Below, in pieces: positions 1 through 16,174 of a DNA stretch of 64,000 nt. Origin of the DNA: Guillardia theta CCMP2712 (lineage: Eukaryota; Protista; Cryptophyta); contig NW_005434619.1 in NCBI RefSeq assembly GCF_000315625.1, positions 398,991 through 462,990 on the forward strand, given 5' to 3'. Numbering within the stretch: the first letter of the stretch is position 1; the number at the start of each line of letters is the position of its first letter. The position numbers and the translations under genes are program-made. Below the pieces are notes generated by a model. It worked only from the letters and a program-made list of their open reading frames with translations. It ran no database searches and was not told the origin of the DNA.

Positions 1-725
1 CAGTCCACGTCGTCACCTACAAACACGTGAAACGAGCCTTTCATCCGCACAACAAACCTTTCCGAGGCGTTCGAAGCTCGAACAAGCAACTGTGTACTGA
101 GCGTGCAGTTGCTGGAGCTGAAGAGTATCAATCACAAGAGATGAAGAGAGACGAGTGGAAGACCTTCATATCTCTCTCTGCGAGCTCGAGTTGTCTTGTC
201 TTGTCGGAAGTGATCATCTTTCGATTGCCCGACAGCAGCACTTGGTTTGCTTTCCTGGTTCCTGTCGCTCCTGATCCCCAGCACCTCGCATCCTTCCTGC
301 CAGAGCAGCTCGAAGGGGTAAGCCTGCTGCTTGTCTCGAGGGGTGACGGCGTCAGGGTATTGCGTTTTCAGCTTGCGAGTGAAGGACGGGTTGTACCCTT
401 GGAGGTTGTCCTGCCAACAAGTCAAGCCTCGAAGCCTCGCAGTCTGAGCATGAGGTACCTTCTCTTTCCACAGCGAGCACGTGTACCTCAGCTCACCCAC
501 TGGCTTCCTGATGCAGAAGTCGCAGAACGCGAGACAGAACTTGATCTCCTCCGCCAGGAGTACATCTCTGGTCTCCGACAGCGCCCTGGTCAAGTGCTGG
601 ACAAATATGGCCGTGTGCTCATCTCTTGCTGCTCCTATCGGCGCTGAGCGAGTCACCTCCTCGGCTCTTCTCAGCTGGGAGAGAGGGAGGGTAGGAAGGC
701 TCACCGCCTCCTTGCCTCCCTTCAT
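1..725 (-). CDS. Hypothetical multi-exon protein, 5' part; runs off the left edge
   Basis: ORF 132..725(-) has strong GC3 codon bias (CAG CAC TTG ACC AGG GCG CTG TCG GAG ACC) and GT..AG breaks; it is arranged divergently from the + gene at ~1303. Confidence 0.5.
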
Positions 726-1302
726 CCACCATAGACCCTTCCAACCGTCCGCGCCATCGCCGTCAAACTTGCTTTTGATGTTTCAAGTCTTTTTACTAAT
801 AAGTTAGTTCGGAATGCCGATCGGAGTTTCGGCCCGGGCCCGCCGGGTCACAAGTTCCCACTGATGCCCACCATTCCGCCGGGGCAATTCTCCTGCCGCT
901 GAGATGCCGTGAGTACGGTCTTCACTGATATACTCCCACACCGTACTTATCATCAGCAGCAGCTCCCGGCGATGTCACAAGTGACTGAGTCCTGTCACAG
1001 TACAACTTCCGGCACTAGCACAACACCATCCGATCCGATCGCCCCAGTGACAACCCGTTGAACCTGCCCGGCGGAGGCCCGGTCCGACGACGGACGCGGC
1101 CGCCCGGGCCCCGGCAACGGACTGGGATCATCACCGGGCGTCCCGGATTCACCACTTACCAAGTGACGACAACCCGCCTCATTATTATATACTAGTAGAG
1201 TCAAAAGGCAGAATGTTTTTACGATTGCTCTGCTAGGCAGTGAAAGGAGCGAAGTAGAGGGGCAGCGGTTGTTCTACTCTATCAGGTTTCTTCCTCTGGT
1301 TC

Positions 1303-3772
1303 TTGGGAGGTCCGGCAGACACAGCGACCATGCACGCTGCAGGAGGAGAGGAGGGGGGAGGATTGCGAGCACGACCAGGTTATAGAGGAGGAGGAGGATG
1401 GCAAGGACGAGGAGAACTGAGAAGGATGGGGAGGAGAGATGGAGGAGAGGCAGCATCGACAACAAGAACGACAGGGCAGGATACTGAAGGAGGACAAGGT
1501 GCGCTGCGAGGAGTAGGAGCGGGTGAAGCAGCCAGTGCAGAGGAAGGAAGAGGGAGCAGGAGATCAGCGACGAACGAGAGCGAGCCTGTGATCGCCTCCT
1601 CTTCGCTGTCTCCTATCAGCTTCACTGGGTTCGTCGCCCGCTCTCACTCCTCCCTGTCCCCTGCCGCCATCTCGCACATCTCACCGGAGCACAAGTCATT
1701 CAACGGACAGTCTCCAGGGCAGGACAACTCCAGCTCATCACCAGCTTCCGTGGGCTCCTCCTACGCCGAAGCTGTGCTCTCGAGCCGCCTGCCCTCGCTC
1801 TTCCGGAAGAAACTCTCGCCGTCCCACACTCCTCATTCCGACACCGAGGTACTTGTCGACGCACTGACGGAGCGCTGATGTCAGACGCCGCAGGTGTCAG
1901 CGATGATGATGAATAGGAAGCTACTGAGAGACCTGAGACGAGAAATATCGCGATATGACGATGACAACGACGAGTTGCTGCTGGCCAAGTCAACGCCCAA
2001 CAACATGATCGGCAGCCATCGCTCCCCTCAGTCGGAAGGCGCGGGCAGTCTTGCAGCCTATCGCAACCTCTTCAAGCAGCAGCCTGCCAGCGTCTCCGCT
2101 CTTAACTTTGACAAGCTGAGAAGCGTCGACCATGTGCACACGGCTAGAGTCAGCCCAGCGTGCAAGAGCGAAGTGACTCTGAGCTCTCCCCAGGAGACGG
2201 TTTCCTCCGTCTCCTCGCACCACGTCAAGCGGATGAACCTGACGCCTCGAGATCATATCGTCAAGTCCATCTTGCAAGATGACTCGGAAGAAGAGGTCAA
2301 GAACTTGTCAGGTCGCTTCATGACCTGAGGTGCCGTCGCAGGACTCCTCGGATGACTCCAACGAGCTCTTTCCCCGGTCAAGCACCTTCTCCAAGCGATC
2401 AGGTGGCCACCAGCTGGAGGAGAGCTGGCTGACGAGCTTCGCAGGCAAGGCATGGGAGCAACAGGCGCATGCGGCAGCAGGGCATCACTCGCAGTCATCG
2501 AGGAGCCCACGGAGACGTCAAGACTTGATCCCGCCTCATATGCGAAGTCGCTGGAGTGAACCACCCAACCCCAAGTCCGTCGGTCACTGGCATGCGGGGG
2601 AAGCGAACACCTCGATCAGTGTCGGTCACGCTGAGCAAGACGTCCTCTCCTCGCAAGCTTCTGCGGCAGGCTCTTCGAGGAATGAGATCGAGTTTGTTGG
2701 CAGCATGCGAGACTACGTCGAGAGCGAAGGTGAGGATGCGATGCCGGGGTTAGTGGTGACTTTCACCACTAGCAGAGGAGGGGGAGATCCTGCAGACGAG
2801 TGCAAACACAGAGGACGAGGCGTGGAGGGAGGAGGAACATCGCTCTCCCGACTTATCAATGCAATCGTTGAGATCTCAGGAGGGGGTGCGCGCAAGACAT
2901 GCTGTGTGCTCGACTGAACGACTGGGTGAGCAGACTCATCGAGCGGACGAGGAGCACGGGGAAGAGGAGAGGGAAGATCAGACGCCGAACAAGACAAGAA
3001 CAAACTTCGAGTCCATAGAAGTCTCCTCCAAAGTTCCAACAGCAACCATCAGCAGAGATTCCATGAAGCTCTTGTACACGGGCATGAATCAAGACGTTGA
3101 GTTCCTCAAGGCGGAGCTGGTGGGCGCCAAGGTGCAGGAGCCGAAGAGTTGGGCTGCTGGGAAAGCAAAGGGAGCTGACGACGCCTCGGGATTCCCAGCG
3201 ATGGAGGAGAAGAGCAGCAGCAACGCGATCGAGCACACAGACAGCCGACTGTGCAACACTCTCTCCCGCGGGCTGAACTCCGTCCTCAGCAGACGAGACG
3301 ACAAGGTTCGTTCCTGACCCCACCTTCAAGGTAGATGACGTCACTCCTAGATGTCCCTTGGCGCCTCCGAGCTGCAAGCGCGATGCGCCAGCGCCTTGAA
3401 CGAGGAGGGGATCCGAAGTGTCGAGGACTGGAAGGCCCTGGAGAAATGCCCTCTGATCGCAAGCATGGCCCTGCTCGAGCTGCGGCAGGAGCACCTGACG
3501 TACGTCGAGATAGCGGAGATCTACTCCAGCTTCACATCGGCAGCGCAAGATGCTGCGCTGCTTGAGGAGGAGGGCGAGGGAGGGTGTCAGAGAGTGTGCT
3601 GCCCCAGAGCTGTCTGCCTGATCTGATGCTCGATACGTCGAACTCGCTAGAGCAGGAGGGGATTCCTTCAGGCCAACCAGATCTGATAGAGGAGGATGTC
3701 CTGGCCAGGCCCATACGAGGCCCCGTTGGAGAGGAGCAGTGGAGGCAACCTGGTCAGCGACTTTCAGTTTGA
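1303..3772 (+). CDS. Hypothetical Ser-rich multi-exon protein, possible short SAM-like helical C-terminus
   Basis: Chain of + ORFs (1303-1878, 1894-2328, 2330-2917, 2859-3317, 3351-3626) separated by short GT..AG introns; both ends uncertain. Confidence 0.5.
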
Positions 3773-3844
3773 GACTGACAAGATGGGGATATGGAGAGGA
3801 AGAAATGATCAGGGGAAGGCAAAGGACTGCGGGAACAGAATCAT

Positions 3845-5379
3845 TCACCTTTGATCTAACTTGACATGACAGCCACGAGCTTCGAAGGCATCTACCACCT
3901 GCAACGTTGGAGCTCCTAAGAAGGACAGCAACAGACAGAACTCAAACCATCTGCATGCCCGCAAACGTCTTGGACTCCGTCACTGCTCGATCCCGGTAGC
4001 AACAGTAGCACCTGGGGCGATGCTTGCCTAAGGAACAAGTCAGTGAAGTAGCTAGACGACCTCCGGGCCTCCACCATTGAGGATCTTCATGACGGTGTCA
4101 ACAAACGGCTCCACCAGCTCCTTCAACCACACGCACTCAGCTGCGAGCACTACCTCCGTCTCCTCCAGATCGATGCCCTGCCAAGACTTTCAGCTCCTGC
4201 CAGCCTCTGTGTGCATGCTCTTGCCGCCTCTGATGCTTGCTCCAACGTCGGCTTCGTCCAGTCCAGTGTCATGCAGGCTGCAGTCCCTTTCCCTACATGC
4301 CCAGCTCCAGGCCAGCAGGAAGCTGTCCGGCCTTGTGGCTCCTCCCAGTTCCTCTTGACGTTGGGCCTGAGGGAGCAGTCGGTCACCTGAGCAGAAATCT
4401 CTCACGACAGGCAGGGCATGACAAGCATGAACAGTCTTCAAGTCGGTCAGCAGGACATGCGCGCCCATGGCTGCTGCGCACAGGCCAGCCAGACCTGCCC
4501 ACAACTTCACTTGCTAGGAGCTCAGGGCTGGGGTGGAGGCACCTGTGCCCGAGCCAAGCTCCACCACACGCTTGCCGACGATCTCTTGTCGGATGTTGTC
4601 TCTCATGATCTTGATCAACATCCTTGCTCCCTCCCAGATCTGCTCCTAGCAGTCACTTGGTGATAGCCTATCAAGGTCTGGTCTTGCCTGGAAACCCGTT
4701 GCTGCGGCCACAGTGTAATCTTCAGCGAAGAAATTTGGATCTACCTGAGTATCAGAGGAATGAGAAAACTTATGACCCAGGATAGCACGCAAGGACCCAG
4801 TCGCTCCCTTCCTGATCCAGATCCCGCCTTAGGACCCTGACCCGAAACCCTATGGAAAAGGGATTCAGCAACCCTTAAAGCTCATATACCCGCCCCAACT
4901 CTCATATCGTTCCATTATCCTTGTACCCCTCAACTCTTACATCCACCATATTCCTCCTCCTCCTCCTCCTCCTCCTCCTCCTCATCATCATCATCATCAT
5001 CATCATCATCGTCCTCCTTCTCCCTTCAATTAAATATCCATCATCCCCCCCTCCCCCCGACCCCCCCTCCCCCTACCCTCCTGCTCTCTCCTCCTCCCTT
5101 GCATAATCCATCCATCACCCCCACTCCTTCTCCTCCTCTCTTACATCATCCATACATCAATTGCCNNNNNNNNNNNNNNNNNNNNNNNNNNNNNNNNNNN
5201 NNNNNNNNNNNNNNNNNNNNNNNNNNNNNNNNNNNNNNNNNNNNNNNNNNNNNNNNNNNNNNNNNTCCTCCTCCTCCTCCTCCTCCTCCTCCTCCTCCTC
5301 CTCCTCCTCCTCCTCCTCCTCCTCCTCCTCCTCTTCCCTTACCCTCCACATCCTCCTCCTCCTCCACGAGCGCTGCCAT
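3845..5379 (-). CDS. METTL21/Methyltransf_16-family protein-lysine methyltransferase
   Basis: Spliced translation MAALVEEEEDVEDPNFFAEDYTVAAATGFQIWEGA...KRVVELGSGTGLAGLCAAAMGAHVLLTDL...LDWT...VVLAAECVW has motif I (ELGSGTG), post-I TD, LDW and a DxxY-like motif. Intron 1 spans an N gap; an extra last exon to 3668 is possible. Confidence 0.85.
5166..5265. other. Assembly gap (100 N)
   Basis: N run beside a (TCC)n tract. Confidence 1.
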
Positions 5380-6376
5380 CGATCCCAACAAGTGCTTGGA
5401 GGGACCACATCCCCTCATTGATCCGGGCCACCGGGCCGGTGCAGGGCCGGTGACGGCGGTGTCAGTGACACGGGTCCGCTCAGGCTCGGTGCACTGACTG
5501 AGTGACTCGCGGGCCCGGGGAGCAGAGTGATCACCCGGGGCCGTGACATGGTACTGAGGCGCACTTGGCGCCGGCCGCTATTTGGAGCCGTTTGAGAACG
5601 GGAATAGCTCATGCCATGATGAATGTAACGGTCATGTAACCGACATCATCATCTACTCTCAAGACTCTTTACCACACAGCTTCCGACCCTGCTAGCGTCG
5701 TTTGTCCTTGAAATGACGTGATTTCACTTCGACCCCCTAGAACGAATAAGCTTAAAGTTAGCTAAGAAGTTCTCCAAGATTACAACACGATTTAACCAAC
5801 TTCTAAGTTAAATAAAAGCGAACTTTCATGGTCTCTTGTTTCAGTACCGGCGTTCTGAAGGGCCAAAGCCTCGTCAAGATGGGGTACTTGGAAATTGAAC
5901 CATACCGTTTTTAGATAGCTTCTATGCAAATTTTGAGACCTCCCTGGCTGTTGAGATATTTTGTTAACTCACTTTTGACTTAAACCGTGATTAATTAAAG
6001 AAGAAGTAACCTAAAAACAGATCGTTTGAAAAGAGACCTCAGGTGCCGGACCTATCCCTATAACTCCAAGTAGAATGTATCTCTCCGTCCTCCAGCTACT
6101 CTTTCCTTGTCCCCTCCTTCCCACCCCCCCGTCCTTCCCTCCTCTCACGGCCCCGCCCCCTCCGCCCCCTCCGCCCCCTCCGCCCCCTCCGCTCCCCAGG
6201 CTTTCTCAGCTCTCACTCTCCACTTCTAGCTCACTTGCTCAGAGTGCGCTGCGTCGTCTCCTCGTGGAGTTGGAGGCTTCTGTTGTCGATCGACCTCTTG
6301 AATCAGACTGTCCTTGAACGTCAAGTTTGTGCGTAGCTGAGGTTCTAGAAGATTGATTTCCAGCTTGAGATCAATC

Positions 6377-8527
6377 ATGGGCTGTTCTGCGAGTGTTCAT
6401 GCTGAAGAACCAGGCAATGCTCTGATCGAACAATGTTCACTCGCTCTGAGAGGTCTCCAAACCCCTTCAAACGAGAGCTTCGTTACGGTTAGAAACCTTA
6501 TTAACGCGGGTGAGAACAATGCTGCTTGGTTCGTCTCAAATGGCGCAATGATAGAATTGACGCACATCCTGTTCAATCAACAGCTTCACACGTTGCATGC
6601 TGCAGCGGCTGAACTGCTCGCAGTGATGGTCCGATGGGCGGTCATCCTCATTCGAACAGAGAGCAAGAAGAACGTGCACTCAGCCACGAACGCGCTGGTG
6701 CAGCTGATAGAGGCCATGTACAGCCAGCCCAGGTCGAAGCCGCTCAAGAAGAGGATGCCGCAGACAATGACTGACGATGACATCGAGCTGATCATAGAGT
6801 CGAAGCTTCCTTTCCGAATCATCGAGTGCAACAGCCGGTTTCTGGATGAGTTCGAGGCTTCAAAGGACGTTCTGATTGGTCGTGCTCTTGGTATCATCTT
6901 TGGGCCAAGGACTGATGGGAAGAAGACCCAGCAGTTCATTGAGAATGTAGTGCTAGGAAAGCAGGTAGAAGCCTTCTTCAACACCTTCTACAACCTGCAG
7001 GGTAAGGAGGTTCTGGTCGACCTGGCCATTGCCAAGCGTAACGAAGAGTCTTGTTGCATTCGGATGCATGTGTCGAAAGCGATCTTCGAGGATCAGATCG
7101 ATACCGTCATGGATGCTACTACCTCGGAAGAGGCGACCCTCGTCATTCACGCCGCCAACCAGGTGGTAGAGAAGATCAGCGAGCAATTCACCAAGGTGTA
7201 TGGAGTCACTTCAAAACAGATTGTTGGAAGGGGTCTGAGAATTATCTACGGCCCCACCACGGACATCAAGGCATGGGATGATATACTTACAAATGCGAGA
7301 CAAGGTTTCGAGAAAGAGTCGCCCATAACTACGTACGATCTCATCAACGCTGCACAGATTGACACAGTCGTCAAAGCAATGCCTGTCATATCCACCAAAG
7401 GCCTTATTGACAAGATCATGCTCAAACTAGTCTTCAACACGACTGCTCAAGAGACTTATTGCAATGGCAACTGTCAAAATCAATTTGCTCTCATTTCGCA
7501 AACCGTCATTCAAGCGCTCGCTCAAGTCCTGGAGCGTGAGCTTGACGATAAAAGCTTACGAACAAACACCTTGGAGGCCTTTCATGTTCTCAGCATGCAT
7601 GAATCAGGTCTAGACAAGATAGCGCAGTGCCCTGAAGTTTTATCTGTCCTCACAAAGGTACGCATGATCGATGCTTTGCTTGCAGCTCGATGATTGAAAT
7701 TTGCATTTGCCAACGCAGATGTCGAAGCAAAAGAAGGGCTTTTTCTCCAAGAAGGACGAGAGCGCTCTCAAGGTAGTGGAGAACCTGGCAGCATACAGCC
7801 CCATCTCCTTGAAGGAGGAGGAGATCGACGGCATTATCGACATCGCATGTCAGCGCGACAACTTCGGCAACCAGAAGCACCTCATGGCGCTGCGAGCTCT
7901 GCTGTCGCTCACGTGGAACGAGGGATGCATCAGAACCCTGCTTCAATCCCCTCAGGACGTCCTCGGGACCCTGGACCTGATCAACCAGCAGATGGTGTAC
8001 GACGAGAAGCCCGAGCACCAGCTGGCAGCGAGTCAGGCGGCGCTCAACATCCGCATGTCGAGGATCGGGCAGACGGAGAAGAGCTCTCATCGGAGAGCCT
8101 CGACCAACCTCATGAGCATCATCGATGACAACCACAAGTGGGGCGGGAACGACCCTGTCCTCTTGGCCGAGGTGAGACCATGACAGCGACGAGTTCGCTT
8201 GCCCTGTCGTGCTGATGCTGCCTACAGGCCTTCCGGGAGCTCAACAACTCCTCTAGATCCTCGGGTCATCGCGCGACTAGTCCTGTCGCTGTCAGGCCAC
8301 GACGAATGTCCGAGAGCCAGCAAAGGAAGTCTCCAGAGCCGCGTCAGCGTCGCATGTCGCTAGAGGGAGGGGAGATGAAGAAAGATCTGCCTCACAGTCG
8401 TCGAACCCGCCTCATGTCCGACAGTGACATCGCTGCTACTACTCCTGCCAACATCGGGACTGCCAACAATGTTGGCTGGGAGTCGGGGATGCGCCGGACG
8501 CTGCTATCTCCCGTCCCTTCGGCATGA
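6377..8527 (+). CDS. N-acylated (MGC) protein with two LOV-like PAS domains inside ARM-like helical regions; 3 exons
   Basis: MGCSAS start; PFRIIECNSRF...IGRALGIIFGPRTD and VVEKISEQF...VGRGLRIIYGPTTD resemble the LOV/PAS core GRNCRFLQGPxTD; introns at ~7658-7718 and ~8173-8227 join in frame. Confidence 0.75.
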
Positions 8528-9476
8528 TAGCCACATCATCGTGGCATGTACATTGAATGATTCGATTCAATATGAAGTAATGATGTGTACAATAATAAAA
8601 CTTGAATTTGATCTTCAATCAAAGACAGGAGCGCGAGTTAGTTCAACTTGTAAGCCTAACTCGCCGAAACCTCTCACTCTCACTGAGTCAACACAAGTCA
8701 CTTCCGTCAGAACCCCCGGCTGAGTGGCGGGGGCCCTCGGACCGCCTGAGGCTGTGGCCCGTCCGAGGGAGCCTGGGGCTGGCCCGCGGACTCACTGGCA
8801 CGCAAGATAAGCAGAAGTGCTAATGAATCTTGCTGCCCCCACTGACTTCAGTTCTGAGGCAGACTTTTCAGTCCTTCCGCACTTTCCCAAAAAGGAAGGC
8901 AAAACGCGCCTTGCCACCCCCACCCCCACCCCTCGGATATGTACCCCCTTCATCTAGTTGTAGTACCCCCTATTATCCCTTCTGGTCCGTAACCCCTGGT
9001 GGTCTTTCCTGCCCTTCCTTGTCGCCCAGGCGCCGCCGCCAAACATGCTCCCTCCATGCTCTCTGCAGTGAAGGCCCTGCTCCTGCTTAGCCCTTCTCCT
9101 CCTCTTCTTCTGTAGATCTTCTGTCTCCCTCCTTCCTTCGCTCCTCTCTGCCTTCTCCACTGCACTTCCTCCCCTTGTTTGACTCTTCCTCCGGCTCGCC
9201 CTCCTTTGGTCTTGCCTTTATCCGCACGCTCACGTTTTTCTTCATCCCTCCATTTTCTTTTGAGTTTCAGCTATAAGACTAGCCTTCGTCAGTCGCTTGC
9301 TGCTCCTTCCATCTCGTCGTACTGCCTTCTCATCTTATCGTTGCCCTCACCTTGTCTCGTCCTCAGTTAGATCAAGGAGCGATCGTGTTTCTCCGGGGAA
9401 ATGCGCACAGGCTGATGCTCTTGTCTCTTTCAGGTCACAACAACTTTGAAACCCCTTGTGACAGCGCAAAGATAAC

Positions 9477-12461
9477 ATGGCCAGTGCGTCGATGTTGCCT
9501 CCCAACGTCAGGGACCCAGTCAAGGTCATAAAGGGAGGAGGGGTAGTGCCTGCCGTGACATGGCAGCAGATGGAAGAGGAGAAAGAATTCGTCTCAAGCT
9601 CGTTCACCTCATTCCTCAACGGGTAAGGGAGGCTGGAGCGCCATAGAGGAAGGGACGGTTGACTTGAGGGCGCCAGGTATGTTGAAGCAGTAGAAGAGCC
9701 GACGACGAGCAGCGGATTCCAGACGAAGGAGTACGAAGAGATCGCCAAGGCTGTTGTTGCTAAGGACAGGACAACCGTCGAGGTACAGAAAGATGTGACG
9801 AGAGGGTGATGGTGGTGGTGATGGTGATGGTGATGGTGATGATGGTGATGGTGATTCTGATTGTGATGGTGGTGGTTGTGATGATGATCAACGTAACGAG
9901 AAGGTTTCTGACAAGTTTGCAGGTTGACTTCATGCACGTTAGCAATTTTGATCCAGAACTTGCGGACAGAATCCGTTTGGAGTGAGAAACTTGAGGCAGT
10001 TGTGGTGGGACTGGCTGACTTGATTCGTCAGGTACTTTCAGCATGAAAAGACCCTCCGATCTTCTCTCAACACGTTCGTCAAGCGCGTCGTCGCCAACCC
10101 GGACACAGCAGCGCAGGAGGTGAGCGACGACTGCGTGAACTCATATTGAGCTGACATCTCCATTTCCTCCTCTCCTTTCCTCTCCCCTCTTCTCTTCTCT
10201 TCTCTTCGCTTCTCTTCTCTTCTCTTTGCTTCCCTCTTCATCTCTCCCTCTGCTCCTCTTTCTTTTTCCATCTTCTGCTCTGCCCTGCCTCCTTACCCAG
10301 TACAACCTCTCCTTCTACAACATCCCCGAGCAAGTGAAGCTAAGGGACCTGCGCACCGACCGTATCGGCTGCCTCTCCCGTATCACCGGCACTGTCACGA
10401 GGACGTCGGAAGTGCGTCCGGAACTTATGTCCGCCCACTTCCAGTGCCTCGAGTGCTACACTGAGCAGGACCCGACGGAGCAGCAGTTCAAGTACACGGA
10501 GCCGACGATCTGCAAGAACCCGACCTGCGCCAACAGGAAGCGCTGGTACCTCAACATTGACAAGTCAAAGTTCGCCGACTTCCAGAGGATCAGGATCCAG
10601 GAGAACAGCAACGAGATTCCTGCTGGCTCGATGCCGAGGAGCATGGACGTCATCGTGAGGAACGAGATGGTGGATCGAGCGAAGCCCGGCGACCGCTGCT
10701 CCTTCACCGGCTGCCTCATCGTCGTCCCCGACGTGGCTCAGCTCAGGGCAGCAGGAGAGCGAGCGGAGGCTGTGAGGGAGACTGGGAACCGTTCCAACAC
10801 GGCGTCGGAGGGCGTGACTGGCCTCAAGTCCCTGGGCGTGCGGGAGCTGACGTACAAGCTGTGCTTCCTGGCTTGCGCTGTGCACCTTGCGGAGAAGGAC
10901 GGCTGGTCGCACTTCAGAGAGGAGGGGGAGGAAGCGGTGGAGGAGCTCGACGAGGAGACGCGAAAGAAGATCGCCATGATGAACAAGTCACCCCAGCTGT
11001 ACCAGAGGATGGTCAGCAGCCTCTGCCCGACTGTCTTTGGGCACGACGAGGTGAAGAAGGGGATCCTGCTGATGCTGCTGGGGGGTGTCCACAAGACTAC
11101 CAAGACGCAGACCAACCTCAGAGGTGACGTCAACGTCTGTATCGTCGGCGACCCCTCGACCGCTAAGTCGCAGTTCCTCAAGTTCGTCGCCGACTTCATG
11201 CCCCGCGCTGTCTACACGTCCGGCAAGGCTTCGTCTGCCGCCGGCCTCACCGCCTCCGTGGCCCGGGACTCGGAGACTGGGGAGTTCGGGATCGAGGCCG
11301 GGGCCCTGATGCTTGCGGACAACGGCATCTGCTGCATCGATGAGTTTGACAAGATGGACATCAAGGACCAGGTGGCGATCCACGAGGCGATGGAGCAGCA
11401 GACGATCTCGATCGCCAAGGCCGGCATCCAGGCCACCCTCAACGCCAGGACCTCAATCCTCGCGGCTGCCAACCCGCGAGACGGGAGGTACGACAGGAGC
11501 AAGTCGCTCAAGGGCAACGTTGACATCTCTCCGCCCATCATGTCGCGCTTTGATCTCTTCTTCGTGATCCTCGACGAGTGCGACGAGATCGCCGACTACA
11601 ACATCGCCCGTCACATCATCCAAGTCCACCAGAAGGGCGCCAGGGAGGAGGAAGAGGGAGACAGCGGCGCTGAGTTCAGCAAGGAGGAGATGCAGCGGTA
11701 CATCCGGTATGCGCGGAACCTCAAGCCCAAGATGACGGAGGAGGCGAAGAGGAAGCTGGTGGAGCACTACCGAGAGCTGCGAGAGAACGACTGCCAGGGA
11801 GCGCAGAGGGCAGCGTACAGGATCACGGTAAGGCAGCTGGAGTCGATGATCCGACTTTCCGAGGCTCTGGCGAAGCTTCACTGTGACGAGGAGGTGAGCG
11901 GGAAGTACGTGGATGAAGCGAAGCGACTGCTCAAGATGTCAATCATCCACGTCGACAGCGGCGATGTCAACCTGGTCGACTTCGATGCCCCTCAGGAGGA
12001 GGAGACGGAGGAGACGGAGGACAGAGAGGAGGATGGAGATGATGGAGATGATGGCGGCAATGATGAAGACGGCGACGAGCAGGGTGGGGCTGGCGGGAGG
12101 TCCAAGGACAGCAAGGCTCGTTCTCCCTCCAAGTCGCCCAAGAAGCGCAAGGAGGAGGAAGCAGCGGAAGAGGAGGGCAAGAAGGCAGCGGATACAGCGA
12201 CAGCGGCGAAGAAGCCCAAGCTTGAGATCTCGCAGACAGAATACGATCAGATCGCACTGCTCCTGGTACTGAGGAGGAAGGGGGAGGAGGGGGGGGGGGG
12301 GGGGGGGGAGGGGGAGGAGGGAGGAGGGAGGAGGGTAGGTTACGGTTCGGTACCGTCGNNNNNNNNNNNNNNNNNNNNNNNNNNNNNNNNNNNNNNNNNN
12401 NNNNNNNNNNNNNNNNNNNNNNNNNNNNNNNNNNNNNNNNNNNNNNNNNNNNNNNNNNCAA

Positions 12462-12493
<32 letters not shown>

Positions 12494-12869
12494 GTTTTGG
12501 GACCTTCGCAGCTGACATTTCTATTCAGATGGGACAGTTGAGACTAAGAGAAGAGCGAGAAGAAGAGGAATGGACCCAAAGCGAGCTGATCAACTGGTAC
12601 GAAGGAGGAGGAGGAGGGGCAGGAGAGAGGAGATGGAGGGAGGAGGGAGGAGGGAGGAGGGTGGAGGGTGGAGAGGAGAGGGCAGGAGAGGAGGAGGGTT
12701 CAGGTATTGAGCATCACGGCAGGTATCTGGATCAGAGGGATGACATCGACAGCGAGGAAGGCCTCGCCCTCGCCAGCAGGATCGTCAGCAGCATCATCCA
12801 GAGACTCATCGTGACTGAGCACTGGATCGTTATCCTTAACGAGGACGAGGTAGGATGAAGTTGCTTGTT

Positions 12870-12909
<40 letters not shown>

Positions 12910-13037
12910 TCTCCCGCTCCTGCTCCTGCTCCTATCTTACGGGTCCTCAGGTTCGCGACATGGCTGGCTCCGCTGCTGACAGGAGAAACGCAAGAAAGCT
13001 GGCAGTGCATCCGAACTGGATCCCTCCCAACGCTTAA
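9477..13037 (+). CDS. MCM6: DNA replication licensing factor MCM6
   Basis: RTSEVRPEL, C4 zinc finger, GDPSTAKS Walker A, IDEFDKM Walker B, SRFD arginine finger, YRITVRQLES and C-terminal LAVHPNW are all typical of MCM6. Confidence 0.96.
12359..12458. other. Assembly gap (100 N)
   Basis: N run in a G-rich MCM6 intron. Confidence 1.
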
Positions 13038-13258
13038 GACAGTTAGGGGGAGAGGAGAAGGAGGAGGAGGAGGAGGAGGAGGAGGAGGAGTTGTGTGTAA
13101 TATTTTATCTCGAGATTACAAACTGAAGACAAAAGGAACAGTTGAGGAATGAAAGTGAGAAAATCTCTTTTCCCCTCCCCCTCCTCCTTTCTCTCTGCCC
13201 CTCCCTCTCTTTTTCCATCAGCACCGCGCGTCTCAAGACGTCTCCCCTCCCCCTCCTC

Positions 13259-16174
<2,916 letters not shown>

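Noticed and set aside
27-647. 206-aa + strand ORF
   Set aside because: Overlaps a minus-strand frame with better codon bias and a logical divergent arrangement; probably an antisense shadow, though not excluded
2856-3848. 330-aa minus ORF and a possible coding overlap between convergent genes
   Set aside because: Largely the antisense of + strand exons; terminal exons of both genes cannot be fixed without transcripts
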